From the NCBI RefSeq assembly GCF_009914755.1, contig NC_060925.1: 64,000 nucleotides of DNA; one strand, 5' to 3'. Source of the DNA: the human T2T-CHM13v2.0 reference genome, Homo sapiens. Shown in pieces: positions 12,917-24,560 of this stretch. Made by a program: the position numbers and the translations under genes. Under the pieces are notes generated by a model. The model did no database searches. It was not told the DNA's origin and saw only the letters and a program-made list of their open reading frames with translations. Positions within the stretch are counted from its first letter, which is position 1. Each line of letters starts with the position of its first letter.

Positions 12917-13296
12917 TATTATGGACTGAATAGTGTCTTCTCCCAAATTTAACTGTTGAAGCCTTAACCCCTATGTGATGGTGTCTGGTGATGGGGCCTT
13001 TGGGAGGTAATTAAGATTAGCTGAGGTCAGGAAGGTTGGGCCTTCATAATAGGATTAGTGGCCTTATAGGAAGAGGAAGATCTGTCCCCCTCTCTCTCTC
13101 TCTGAATGCATGCACCATGTGAGAACATAGCAAGAAGGTGGCCACTTGCAAGCCAGAAGAAGAGTCCTCACCAGAACCAGAACATGCTGTCACGCTGATC
13201 TCACACTTCCCGCCTCCAGAACTGTGAGAAATAAATTTGGCTTTAAGCCACCCAGACTATGATATTTGGTTATAGCAGCTTGTGCAGACTAAGACA
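12917..13296 (+). mobile_element. MLT1A/MST-type MaLR solo LTR with 5-bp TSD
   Basis: Begins tattatggactgaa, ends gactaagaca; perfect TSD cttgg at 12912-12916 and 13297-13301. Confidence 0.9.
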
Positions 13297-13739
13297 CTTG
13301 GCATCACAACTTTTACGATTTACTGAAGGTTTTAATAAAAGGAAAGAATTCCATTTCCACTTAGGTGTAGGTTCCACTGGGCTCTTTCAAAGTCCCTGGC
13401 TGCCCTTGGGGATACATGCATATCCTAGAAAGGAGACAAAAATGGATTAAGTGGACACAGAAATCACACCTCACTTCAGCCAAAAATATGTATGCATTCA
13501 GAAGTTTATTTATTTCGAATACCAAATACCCACTTGTACTTAGAGACCAAAAGCTTTGAGAACTATATTTACATAGCATGGAATTTCTCTTCCTCCCTAC
13601 CCATTCATTTGTTTGTTCATTCAACTATTATAGAGTGTCAACCGTGTGTCAGGCACTAGGATCACAGCACTGAACATAGCAGCATCTCTGCCCTCAGTGA
13701 GTCTCCATTGCAGGGGCCCTGCTGCCTGCTGAAAAAGCA

Positions 13740-13950
13740 CCTGCCTCAGCAGCCAGACTGTCTGGGTTCTAATCTCAGCTCTGCCACCAACTGAATGTTG
13801 CATTTGAGCAAGTCGCTCTGCTTCAATTTCTTAATCCATTAAATAGAGTTATAATTAGACCTCTCCTCATAGTGTTACTGTGAGGACTGTCTGGGTCAAC
13901 ACGAGTGATGTGCTTAGAACCATTTGTGACACGTGGTAAGTGTCAATAAG
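13740..13950 (+). mobile_element. MIR SINE
   Basis: gccagactgtctgggttctaatctcagctctgccac...gtgcttagaac...gtaagtgtcaataa. Confidence 0.75.
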
Positions 13951-14420
13951 CAATACCTTCTATTACCTTCTGTTTTTTGCCCATATCCCCTCAGAGAAAG
14001 GTAGAACGCTAAAGTAACAAAGAGGATGCAATCCCATCCTCTTGTTTTACAGATAAGGAAATGCATCTTAGAGAAGACAAGCAGTGTGTCCCAGCTCACA
14101 TAGCATACTCATGTCAGAGCCTCAATTGTACTCTGATCCAAGGCCATCTCCATGTGGATCACCCAAGAGCCTCTGGCCTGGCAGTGCTAGTCACACAGAC
14201 CAGGGTTCAAGCTCTGAACCTATCCCTTCCCAGCTGCATGACCCCAAAGAAAGTTATTTAATACCTTTGAACCTACGTTTTTCCATTTGGAGACTGGGTA
14301 TAATAATGCTAATGATGATGGTGATAGCAAGAGTATTAATAATAGTTATGATTCTTCTCTTATAGTTGGAAGGCTCCCATGAGATATGGGATGTGATAAA
14401 GGTGTGGTAATTGTAAAAGG

Positions 14421-15010
14421 CCATGCTGTCCAATACAGTAGCCATTAACTACAGGCAGCTATGAGCACTTGAAATGTGGCTAGTGCAACCAAAAAAATGA
14501 ATCTTAATTTTATTTCATTTTAGTCAAGTTAAATGTAAGTTTTAAAACTAATACTCAAGTTGGTTATTGGAAAACTTCCAAGTATTTACAATTTGGGTGT
14601 ATGAATCTACTTTTTTTTCTGTCTCTATTTTATAAAATCTTAATATAGGTGGCCACCTTCTTGCTGTGTTCTCACATGGTGCATGCATTCAGAGAGAGAG
14701 ACAGAGGGACAGATCTTCCTCTGCTTATAAGGCCACTAATCCTATTATGAAGACCCTACCTTCATGACCTCAAGAGTTTCTGTGGAAGATGTAGCATGCA
14801 AATTGAAACATCAGACTGTAAAATACAGGATCTCAAAGACTTAGTATTAAAAAAAGAATGTAAGGTATCTCACTAATCATTTTTATCCTGGTTACATGTC
14901 AAAATTAGAGTCATTTGAAGATATTGAGTTAAATAAAATGCAGTTTTGAAATGAATGTCACCCTTTCTTTTTCACTTTTTTAATGTGGCTACTAGCAAAT
15001 TTTAAAATTC
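14421..15010. mobile_element. Charlie1-type hAT DNA transposon, interrupted by a 124-bp insert
   Basis: gctgtccaatacagtagcca...gagcacttgaaatgtggctagtg...aagacttagta...ttttaatgtggctactag. Confidence 0.8.
14649..14772 (-). repeat. Inverted local copy of 13022-13145
   Basis: Reverse complement matches 13022-13145 at 116/124 nt, ungapped (hand alignment). Confidence 0.93.
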
Positions 15011-15119
15011 CTATTGACTTGACAAATGTATTGGAAAGCACTTAGTAAAGGGCTGTACACATGGGAGGGCATCCTCCCGTCTCTTCTTGCCTTATGGCTG
15101 TTCTCACAGATACTGGTTG

Positions 15120-15485
15120 GGAGAGTGGACCACTTAGGAGTCTTTGGTCACAACCAATAAAAACCAGCTGTGGTTATCTTAACCAAGTGAAGAAGGACAT
15201 GAGAATACTCACAGGCTCTAAGGAAGGGTTGATGCATCAGACCTGGGAAAGAACCAGGGGCGGGATCTTGGGAGGAGGGTGCAAAGGTGGCCCCTGCCTC
15301 TTGGATGCCTGGTCTGTTATGCTTTTCTGTCATCATGTCACAACACCCCAAATGCCAAGGGAAGAGAATCTGGTTGCCTAGTTTGGCTCACTAGCTGGCC
15401 CCACGGCCGGGAGTGGTTGGAGGATGGGAGGGCATGTTGATTGACAGACCCAGCAAGAGGCAATATCCAGTGCAGAAAGGCTAAC
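15120..15485 (-). mobile_element. Old MLT1-type LTR fragment
   Basis: ttaggagtctttggtcacaacc...gaagagaatctggttgcctagtttggctcac...gttgattgacag. Confidence 0.5.
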
Positions 15486-15489
15486 TCTT

Positions 15490-15607
15490 CCTCCTCCTGT
15501 TGTCCCTCCAGCCCTAAGGAAAGTAGCAGCTACCTGCTTTTGCCAGTCTATAGGTTGCCTCTCCATCCCATTTGGCTTCTCAGCTTTTCCACTTCCTATG
15601 TAACCAT
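15490..15607 (+). repeat. Direct local copy of 17853-17970
   Basis: 109/118 nt identical, ungapped (hand alignment). Confidence 0.93.
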
Positions 15608-16424
15608 GAATCAATTGAAGTGCTGCTGCTAGGTGGAAAAAATAGGTCCTGGGAAGGCAAGAGCCACAGATGCCACTTAGTGCAGTGGCCTAGGCACAGG
15701 AAAATGCTTAGATGTTAAATGAGGAAAGTAGCAAGCAATGGGTGAGTTCTGCTCTGACACTGACACACTGCACCCTTGAGGGAACTGTCCTGCCACTTTA
15801 AGCCCCTATTTCCTCAACTATAAAATGAGAGAAGAGTGAAAGTGCTGGGTTCTCTCACACAATGAAACTATCACAAGCCCTTCAACTCTTGCTCTTACAC
15901 TTCTCAGGGCTGGACCCCACCTAGAAACACTAGGTGATCCCTTCACTCTATTGGAAGGGAAGACTCAGTTCTGGCTGACTGAGCTCAGCTGCAGTGAGCC
16001 TCCCAGCCCAATACCCTGCCCCACCAAGGCACTGTGCAATTCCGCAACTCTCTCCTGTGCCTGAGACCCTCTGCCCCTTCCCTATTCTCTCACCCTCTCT
16101 TATAGCTTTGCTGCAAAATAGAAAGTCCAAGAGTTGCCATGTTCAAAGAAAGCCCTTTAGTCTAATTTATCAGGAATTGCTAATTCAGCTAAACTAAATA
16201 TTTTTTCTCTTAAGCAAGAGAATTTAATTCCCTGCATGATCTCTCTTGTTAAAATAGGAGAAAAAGCCTTATAATTCTATAAAATCCATTATGTCAGCCT
16301 CAATCACACTCCTTGGTCAATGACTTTCTCCTCTGCTTGCAAAAGTGCCTCCTCAGTACACAGACCAGTGGCAGGAAGGACCCAGGAGAACTGGCTTTGA
16401 GTATCAGTTATACATATATGTATG

Positions 16425-16770
16425 TATGCATTCATTCATTTATTCAGCATTCAGCAAAATGTAGGGAGACAGAGATGATTAAGACCTAGTTTTTGTCATT
16501 AAAGGGTTCCCAGTCTGCTACAGGAGATTGATAAGTGAGCAAATAACCACCTACCAATACAGGAAAAAACTGAGAGGCAACAAAAAATTGTTATGGGGGT
16601 TGGAGGAGGAATCAACAAACTCAACCTGGGGAGGTTCTTTGGGGAGGAGTTTATTCTAGGCAGAGGAAAGAGCAAATGCAAAGTCATGATGGGTGTTATT
16701 TGTTTGGAGAGTAGAAAAAAGTTTAGCTGAACATAAGTTGCAAGAGGGATATTAAGTGAGGAGGCTAAGA
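16425..16770 (-). mobile_element. L2 fragment
   Basis: cattcattcatttattcag...ttctaggcagaggaaagagcaaatgcaaag. Confidence 0.65.
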
Positions 16771-17519
16771 TAAGTCATTTCATCTTTCTGAGCCTGTTCC
16801 ACCATCTATCAAAAAGGGACAATTGCCCCCAGTCTTTTTACCTCTAGGGATGGTGGAAAAACTGAAATGTCATTCTTTGTGATCATTCTTTGAAAATTGC
16901 AGTATATTATGGAGATAGATGTTAGGGTGAATTCTTAAGAGCCAGCACATCAGCCCTGGGGCCTCCAGCACCCTCCTGGCCCCATGTAAATTAGAGGAGC
17001 CTATCGGATCAGCCTTGCAGAAAGCTTCCTTTGGCAGAAGGGCAGTGTGTATTTATCTTTACCAGCTCAGCTTCCAGCCCCATGTTTATGAAAACTCAGA
17101 GGCCCCTGGGTCTTAGCATCTCCTCCAACCTCCCCATGAGTTCCTTGTACTTGGAGTAAGATACATCTAGGGTCAAATCCTAGTTCTGCAACTTAAGAAG
17201 TATGAAACCATAAGACTCTCTAAGCCTCTCTTACCTTCCATTTCCTTGTCTATACAATAGGACTAATGGTGTTTATCTCACAATATTTGAAATGATTAAA
17301 TAAAATATTTTATGGGAAAGTTCCTGGTAAACTGTAAGGAGATATGAAAATATAAGCTATGACCATCATCCATCACCATTGTTTTCCTATTACCTCTTAA
17401 TGAGAATCTCTCCTAATGAATAAACCACTCTCATTTCAATGTGAAGTATACTTTACTGGAAGTCAAGAAACCTGAACTCTATTCCCAACTCTTCCCTTAC
17501 ACTGTCAGGCTCCTCTCAC

Positions 17520-18025
17520 ATCTCTCTCTGCTCCTTTCTGTATGTCAGGAACTACACTTCCTGACCTACTGGCTCCTTTGCCTACCAGCTTCCCCGTAGG
17601 TGTAGCCATTCAAACGCCCAATTTGAGGACTGGACAGTGGGAGAAAGGGAGAAGCCAGGGTGTTTTTCTTCTCTTGCTGTCCCTCAGGTGCTGTCTTGTA
17701 TCCACTGTGTCTCAGGTGCTTCTGTATTCGTAGCCACTGTGTATGCACCACAGCTCCAGATCTTGCTGGGTTCCCAGAATTCTTAAGTTTCCAAGGTCCT
17801 AAGATTCTAGCTCCTATTAGATGGGCCTGGCTTCTGGCCTGTGATAATGACACCTCCTCCTATTGGCCCTCCAGCCCTAAGGAAAGTAGCAGCTACCTAC
17901 TTTTGCCAATCTGTAGGTTGCCTCTCCATCCCATTTGGCTTCTCAGTTTTACCATTTCCTATGTAATCATTTCCTGTATAGAAAGACATTCCTGGAGTGG
18001 TTTTACTCTCAGGACCCTAACTGAC
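17520..18025 (+). mobile_element. ERVL LTR33/LTR41-like solo LTR
   Basis: gtcaggaactacacttcctgac...ccagcttcc...gggagaaagggagaagccagggtg...ccagccctaagg...ggaccctaactgacac. Confidence 0.6.
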
Positions 18026-19619
18026 ACTCTGAGAGTTATTTCATTAGTCAAAGGAACACAGTGGATTATATCTAAGACATCTTCCACTTTTTATAGTCAA
18101 CAATTTTGTTGTTGTTGTTGTTAAAAGAATTTCACAGAAAAGAATTTCACAGCTGTCCCATCTACCTTTCTTGCTAGGTTCTTTCCCTCTTAGCCACAGC
18201 CATCTTGCTGGCTCCAGTAATATTCTCTAAATCAGAATTCACAACCCACCTCACCATCAATACTCAAAATTTGGCTATATAACACCAAAGATCTCCCAAC
18301 CCAGACCCAAGTCATGGGTAAAAGATTTAACTGTATGATTCCCTTTGTTCTCCCTTGGCCCATCAGGTCTTTCTCTCATCCTTCTGGAGGTAAATATTGT
18401 GCATGTATTTTGCATGAGTGTATATGTAGAAACCACCTAACTCAGAGCAACGGTTCACAGAAAATGCTCACTACAAGCTTACTGAATAAATACTTGCCAC
18501 ATCACACATCTGCTTGTCTCTACATTTTTTAGCGCCTTGCCTTGTACTCTTTTATAACCTATTGTCAGACAAACTGAGTCCAAATCCTGACTCTGTGTGA
18601 CCTTGGGTACCTTTACTTAACACTTCTGAGATGTTTCCTAGTTTGCATGATCCAGGCTTTGGAACCCACCTGGTAGGGTTATTGTTGGGACAGAGAGAGC
18701 AGATGGTCATTTTCTTCCCTCTACCTTGGACTTTGACCTTCTGCAAGCTTGTATCTCACCTCACCTTCCACTCCCCTTCTGTTTCCATGGTCCAAATCTA
18801 ACTGCTCTCCTCTGCAGTGATTTGGAACAATAAACGCAGCTCCCTGGTATGCCAAGTGCTTTCCTAGTGGCTCCCTGCACCAGGCCTCATTTCCATTGTA
18901 TTTACCCTAATGCATGAAAGAAAACCAGAAGCCTTTCTCTTTCAAGGGCTACAAACTGAGATGCCAAGATGTTAACTCTTATTTCCAGATCACACAACCC
19001 CCAGGCCACCTCTAACATATCCACAGCTGTCATTCAGATTCCAAAGACATTGACTTATTTCTCATCACAATTTGCAAGCAAAGCCGTAATGCTCTAATTA
19101 TGTGTCTATTATCACCATCATCGTAATGCACCCACATGGATGGTGGCAGCAAGGCTGGGTTAATATATTCATTAGGGACAGGCACGAGCAACATGATATT
19201 AATACTGCTAATAATACCTAATTGGGCTTAATTACAATGTGATGCCTAATATATTGTGATGAATTTATTCTCAAAGTATTTACATATTTGTAGTTAAGTA
19301 ATTAGCATTCTGTCCATAAATAACTCCTCAAAAGTCCACTCCAGCTCTGGAGCAGAAGGGAGACTGAACACACCCTGCTCCTTAAAATGGACTGGCAGAA
19401 AAAAAAGTTCTTAATTTGTGTAGAAATATATATGTCACATCTTCTTTAGAGGAAAAGTGAAGGGGTCCCATGGGAAAGACATTTCGGGGAAGGTAGCAGG
19501 AGGAGAGAGATGTGTTCCTCTCAATTTCAGGAGTCTGATGGAGAGTAAGAGCTTTCATGCTGAGGGTTTTGCTGGGCTTGTCAGACCACACAGAGAGTTC
19601 TGTGATCTGTCCCAGATGA

Positions 19620-19790
19620 CATACTTGAAGAGGGACATTCACAAACGAGGGGAGGGCAACCTGGTGGAGAGAGGACTCAGAGGTGCAGCTTGAGAGTCCT
19701 CAGCATGCTTAACTTGCAGAAGAGAAGTCGCAGAGATAAGAGAGCGGTCTTCTCAGATTTGAAGGGCTGTCATGAGGCCGCAGCAACAGA
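19620..19790 (+). mobile_element. L3/CR1 LINE fragment
   Basis: gcttaacttgcagaagagaag...gtcttctcagatttgaagggctgtcatg. Confidence 0.55.
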
Positions 19791-20009
19791 TTGTGAAGTG
19801 GGCAGTAGTATAGGTTTTGAAGTCAAGGAGACATGTTTGAATCCCAGCTCAGCCACTTACTAGGCACATGACCTTGTACGAGATGCACAATGTCTCTAGA
19901 CCCCTGTTTTCTCTTTGGGTGCTATTAAGTAGACGTCAAAAAAAAAAAGGATATGATGTCTGAGTTCTGGGATTCCAGAATCCTCAGCCTACTTGCCTCA
20001 TGGAACAAG

Positions 20010-20250
20010 GGTTAAATAACCTTGGCACTAGAACCAGAACGCATTTCATACCTATTCCCACCATTTGAAATCTGGTGATGTTGGGCAAGTTATTGAATCT
20101 CTGTGGACCTCAGATTTACAACCTGAGAGTTAATATAATATCACGCCTAACTTACAGGGTTGTCACGAGAATTGAATGAAGAAATAATTCATGGTACGTG
20201 CTTGGAGTACTTGGCACATAGTAAGCACTCCATGTTATCTAGTATTAGTA
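20010..20250 (+). mobile_element. MIR SINE
   Basis: ttgggcaagttattgaatctctgtggacctcag...cagggttgtcacgagaatt...tggcacatagtaagcactc. Confidence 0.8.
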
Positions 20251-20309
20251 TTGCTGCGGACACTTCTTTTATTTAACATCCAGCTGCGGGCAAAATATAC
20301 TCCCTAGCT

Positions 20310-21040
20310 AGTTGAGACAAAAATGGAATTTATTACACTGATTAAATGGCCATGAGGGTTTTGAGTGCTGAGGACAAGTTCAAGGTTTGGTTGTTCAGGA
20401 ATAAACTCCCAAAGCCACATCACAGGCCCCAAGAGAGCTGCTGTCTCGTCTACCATCCAGAAGCCACCAGCTGTAATCCACCTTCATGGTCACGGTCAGA
20501 AAGCTATGTGATGAGGAAGCTGCCACTATCAGGAGGCAAATTTTTTTTTTTTTTTTTTTGAGACAGAGTCACGTTCTGTCGCCCAGGCTGGAGTGCAGTG
20601 GCACCAGGAGGCAACTATTATTACTGCCAGCTGCTTGGCCACATTGTACCTATCACAACCCACACCAGCTGACTTGCTGCCTGACAACCACCATCTCAAC
20701 ACCCATGATGCTGTTTGGTGGACAGTGGAGCCTCTGCTAATGCTACTGCAAAAAAAAAGAAAAAAATCAAGCCTCTGCAACTATGGTTTCCAGCAGAAGC
20801 AGCAGAAGCAAGGCTTCTCTCACTTCTTCTAAATCTAACAGGAGCAAATCTGATTGGCCAAACTCCAAAGACAGCTAGAACCCCAATTGCAAGAGACTCT
20901 GAGATAGGTAAGTTTTATCTTTTGAGATGCTGCAGCACAGAAAAGCACACTAGAAGGAAGGTAGAATGGCCATTGAGTTCCAATCCCCCTTCTCCATCAT
21001 ACCACCTCTTCCCTGTTCCGAGGCAAATAACCTTCTAGGA
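20310..21040 (-). mobile_element. Old ERVL/MaLR LTR fragment hosting a short Alu
   Basis: tctgattggcc...ccccaattgcaagagactctgaga...agttttatc; boundaries uncertain. Confidence 0.45.
20540..20604 (-). mobile_element. Extremely 5'-truncated Alu (3' 45 nt plus tail) with 10-bp TSD
   Basis: T19-gagacagagtc...gcccaggctggagtgcagtggcac; caggaggcaa at 20530-20539 and 20605-20614. Confidence 0.9.
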
Positions 21041-21379
21041 AAATGTGATGTGCACTACTAGTCAGGTCTTCAGCCCCAGAGCCCTATCTGGTTGTCCATA
21101 TAAAGCCTGAGAAACCTCTTTTGCTCCTTCAGCTTAAAAGCCAGACAGGAATTTGAGCAATAAACTGCTCCTTTGGCCATTCCCTTGACTACATCCCAGT
21201 CTTAGACCTCCAGATCTCATCATTTCCACAGCAAGAAGAGCCTTGCCAAGTCCAATATCAAAAAAGAGAGTGCCTCTCCCTCTGGCATAGAGCTGATCAC
21301 CTAAGCTGGATGGCATTTCCTCCTTCTGCAATCCTGTCTGTGCTCCAAGAGAGGGGAAGAGGTGGAGGGAAGTTCCAAC

Positions 21380-21868
21380 TGGAGGTAGACTTAGGCTTTT
21401 CTCCCAGCCCCAGCTCTGTGCTGGTTATCCTCCACTTGCCAACCGCACCGTCTGCCATTTCTGCCATGAGGCCGACCTCCAAGCAGAGCAGCACCAGGGT
21501 TCCCTATCCTTCAGCTCCCAGATGGATCAGTCAATGCCACTGGCAGAAGATCCAAGGCAAGAGGAGAAAGAAGTGGGTGTTTCTGCCCCACTTACTCCAG
21601 ATTTCAGCACTGAATTTCTGGCAGTGTCTGCATCCTTCTATGGCTACAGCTCCTGCCAGGTGACCTTCTTCGTGGGCTCCAGTAACACCACCATCTTCTC
21701 TTTTGCTGCAAGGCACAGGGGAAATAATGGCTTTCAACTGTTGCTAACCCCTGAGTGCATCAGCATGGCTTTTTGGCTTGTTTAACCTTGCCCACAGCTC
21801 TATTCAATTCAATTATTAAATAATCTCTTTAGTTAAACACTATTTCCTGCAAGGCTCCTAATAAATAC
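21380..21868 (+). mobile_element. LTR33-like ERVL solo LTR
   Basis: gccactggcagaagatcc...gaagtgggtgtttct...atggctttcaactgttgctaacccctgagtgc...ttaaccttgcccaca. Confidence 0.65.
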
Positions 21869-22049
21869 CAGCCCCAAGGAAAGGATCTAAGAGAGAGCAT
21901 TTCTCCTTTTCTCAAGGCTTGTTTCATTTATTCCCCATTTAGTCCTCCCACTAAACTCTCTAGTCTCTCCTAAAGGAGTTCTGCCATGTCCTTGGACCAG
22001 AAGAGGTCTTCTGTCTCAGCAGAGAGGTGAAGGGGGAGGGAGAGGCCTT

Positions 22050-22375
22050 AGTTCCAAGCTGATGGCCAGTTTGCTCAACATCCAGGAAGAGCTACCATTT
22101 TCGTTCAAGTCCAAAAGCAGAAAAAAGGCAATGTTCCAGCTGGAAGGCAGTCAGGAAGGAAGAGTTTCCTCTTATTCAGTCTTTTTATTCTATTTGGGCC
22201 TTCAACTGAGTGGATGAGGCCCACCCACAGTAAGGAGGGCAATCTGCCTTCTCAGTCTACCGATTTCAAATGTTAATCTCTTCCAAAAACACCATCATAA
22301 ACACACCCATAAACACAACCAGTTATCTGGGCATCCCATGACCCAGTCAAACTGACACATAAAATGAACCATTTT
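22050..22375 (-). mobile_element. MLT2-type (MLT2D-like) ERVL LTR, partial
   Basis: gccttcaactgagtggatgaggcccacccac...gagggcaatctgc...cccagtcaaactgacacataaaat. Confidence 0.85.
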
Positions 22376-22559
22376 GCACCACCTATTGTGGGGATTCTCT
22401 CGGTTTTATCTGCACCCACCTTTCTAGATGGCTCCCACATAGTGCAATCCTCCAGGAGAACATGGTCCAAACACACTCCTTACCGTTAATTATACTCTCT
22501 CTGTTTAAATATCTTTCGAGGAAAACCTAGAGTAGTTTTTGTTTCTATGGGACTTGTTT

Positions 22560-23830
22560 CAGTGAACCCTAGGCGATACAGGGAGCAAGACTGGAGACAA
22601 GGAGACCAGTTAAGAGCTGTGACAATTGTTTTGGGATGAAGGAATGGGGGCTCAAAACTAAAATAATAGCTGTGAAGATGAAAGACAGAGAGTGAGGAGG
22701 GATCAAGAAGCATTTAAAAAATAAAATAATAGGGCTTGGGGACCAGTCAAACATTAAGCATGAGGGAGAAGGAGGCATCTATGATGAGTTCTAAGCCTCT
22801 GTTTTGAGGCGCACTGAAAGGATGATGTCATTTGGTGAGGTGGTGTGGGTGGGTGGGTGAACACAGTTTGGAAGGCAATGTGTGGAAGGCAATCCTATGT
22901 TTTCCATAGGATACTAGTAGATAGCTAAGCATTAAGCATATGGCTCCGTAATGGACATTTGTCATTTTATATCCCAGAATCCCTTCCTACAGCCCCTCTG
23001 TTTTCAGATATTGTTTGAAATAAGTGATCTAAATGGAAGCTGATATCTTTGTCTGAGGTTCTGCCTAGATTAATTCATGAAGAGATAGACCCTTGAAACA
23101 AGACAAGCCCCCCTGCATTCTTCACCAGGATTTTCTAACCAGGTCCAGAGAGCCTCTTTCATTCTTTTTTATAAAAGTTGTGAGCCTAAAGATTTTCTGG
23201 ACTGCCAGAAAGTCCTGAAGCCAGACTGAGAGAATGGAGCCAACATGAAAGACAAGCCATGTCCTGACAGTGCTCACATCCCTAATTCTAGCTGTCACAG
23301 GGTCCAGCTGTTTCCCTGCCCGTTCCTAGGCTAGCTTTGTGTGCCAGTGCCTTCTCTTAGTATTTGCCTAAGCTAGCCCATGTTGGCATTCTGCCGTAGA
23401 GTTTTATGGGGTCTGAATTTCAGAAGAGCATCAGTGTTAGATGCAGATCTGAGAGACGTCAGCAGAGAAACAGTAACTAGAGCCTTTAGGGCAAAGAACT
23501 TGCCAAGGACAAATATAGGATGAAATACAGGACAAGCATAGGATGAAAAGAGAAGGAGCCAGGGACAGAATCAGAATAATCCTTAGTATTTTAAGGATAA
23601 GCAGAAAAGAAAACTACTATGGAGAGTGAGAAGGAGTTTTAAAAAGTGAAAGAAGAATCAACAGAGTATCATCATTGAAATAAAGGAAAGAAAACCTTCT
23701 CAAAGGCCTGGTCAACACAGTCAAACATGGCAGAGTTCAACACTGAAAAGAATCCATTAGATTTCATCAAGCAGATTGGCAGGGGAGAAGCCTTCTGGCC
23801 CCAACCCTGAGGATGAGTGGGAGGCGAGAA
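22560..23830 (-). mobile_element. L2 fragments interrupted by an MLT1-type LTR (about 22950-23400)
   Basis: agactggagacaaggagaccagttaagag; ggtcaacacagtcaaacatggcagag; MLT1-like agaatggagccaaca...cctaagctagccc. Confidence 0.55.
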
Positions 23831-24394
23831 ATAAGAGACACAAAGTGCGGGGTACAGAAGAATAGTCTGGGTGGTGGAATGTAGGGTTAGGACAGATCTT
23901 TAAAACAATGATTGTCTGTGTGCTGAAGGAATGGAAGAAGGGGAGAGCCCTTACAGGGAGTGGAAAGGGTCCAAAGTACAGGAGTGGAACTTAAAGTTTG
24001 CAAGGCACTTTGCCACATCTTTGCTTTTTCCCTTAATACCATTGGGAGTTTGCTCCTGGAGAGATTATTATTATTCCATTTTGCAGTGATAAAACTGAGG
24101 CCTAGAAAAGTTAAGTGGCATACCTAGGGCCCCATGGTAAAATGGTGGGCCTTGGACTCAGACAGTTTCTTGATCTCATGCCCAGGGCTCTGTCTACCAT
24201 ACCACATGCTTCTTACTGCTCAGGGTAGTGTTGGCCTCCACCCTGGATTTAGACAGGGGACTTCAGGAAACAGGAAGAAAGAGAGTTAACCCATATTGAG
24301 GACACCTGCCATGAATTTGACACTATGCTGAAGACTGAGAGTCATTCAGCAGATATTTATTAAGTACCTACTACATACCAGGTGTAGGAACCAG

Positions 24395-24560
24395 GTATTG
24401 GCTCATGCAATTTTGGAGCTTGACAAATTCCAGGATCTGCAGTCAACAAGCTGGAGATCCAGGGGAGCCAATGGCGTGGTTCTAGGCTGATGGCCAGTTT
24501 GTTCACAATCCAGAAAGGGCTACTGTTTCAATTCAAGTCCAAAGGCAGGAAAAAAGGCAG
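24395..24560 (-). mobile_element. Isolated MLT2 internal fragment inside L2, overlapping in sequence with 22050-22130
   Basis: attggctcatgcaattttggagc...caggatctgcagtcaacaagctggagatccagg...gctgatggccagtttg. Confidence 0.8.

Noticed and set aside
15441-18124. Two ORFs sharing a peptide, suggestive of paralogous genes
   Set aside because: Explained by the 118-bp DNA duplication of LTR-derived sequence; no coding evidence
22846-22858. (GGGT)3 run
   Set aside because: Only three G3 tracts, insufficient for a canonical intramolecular G4
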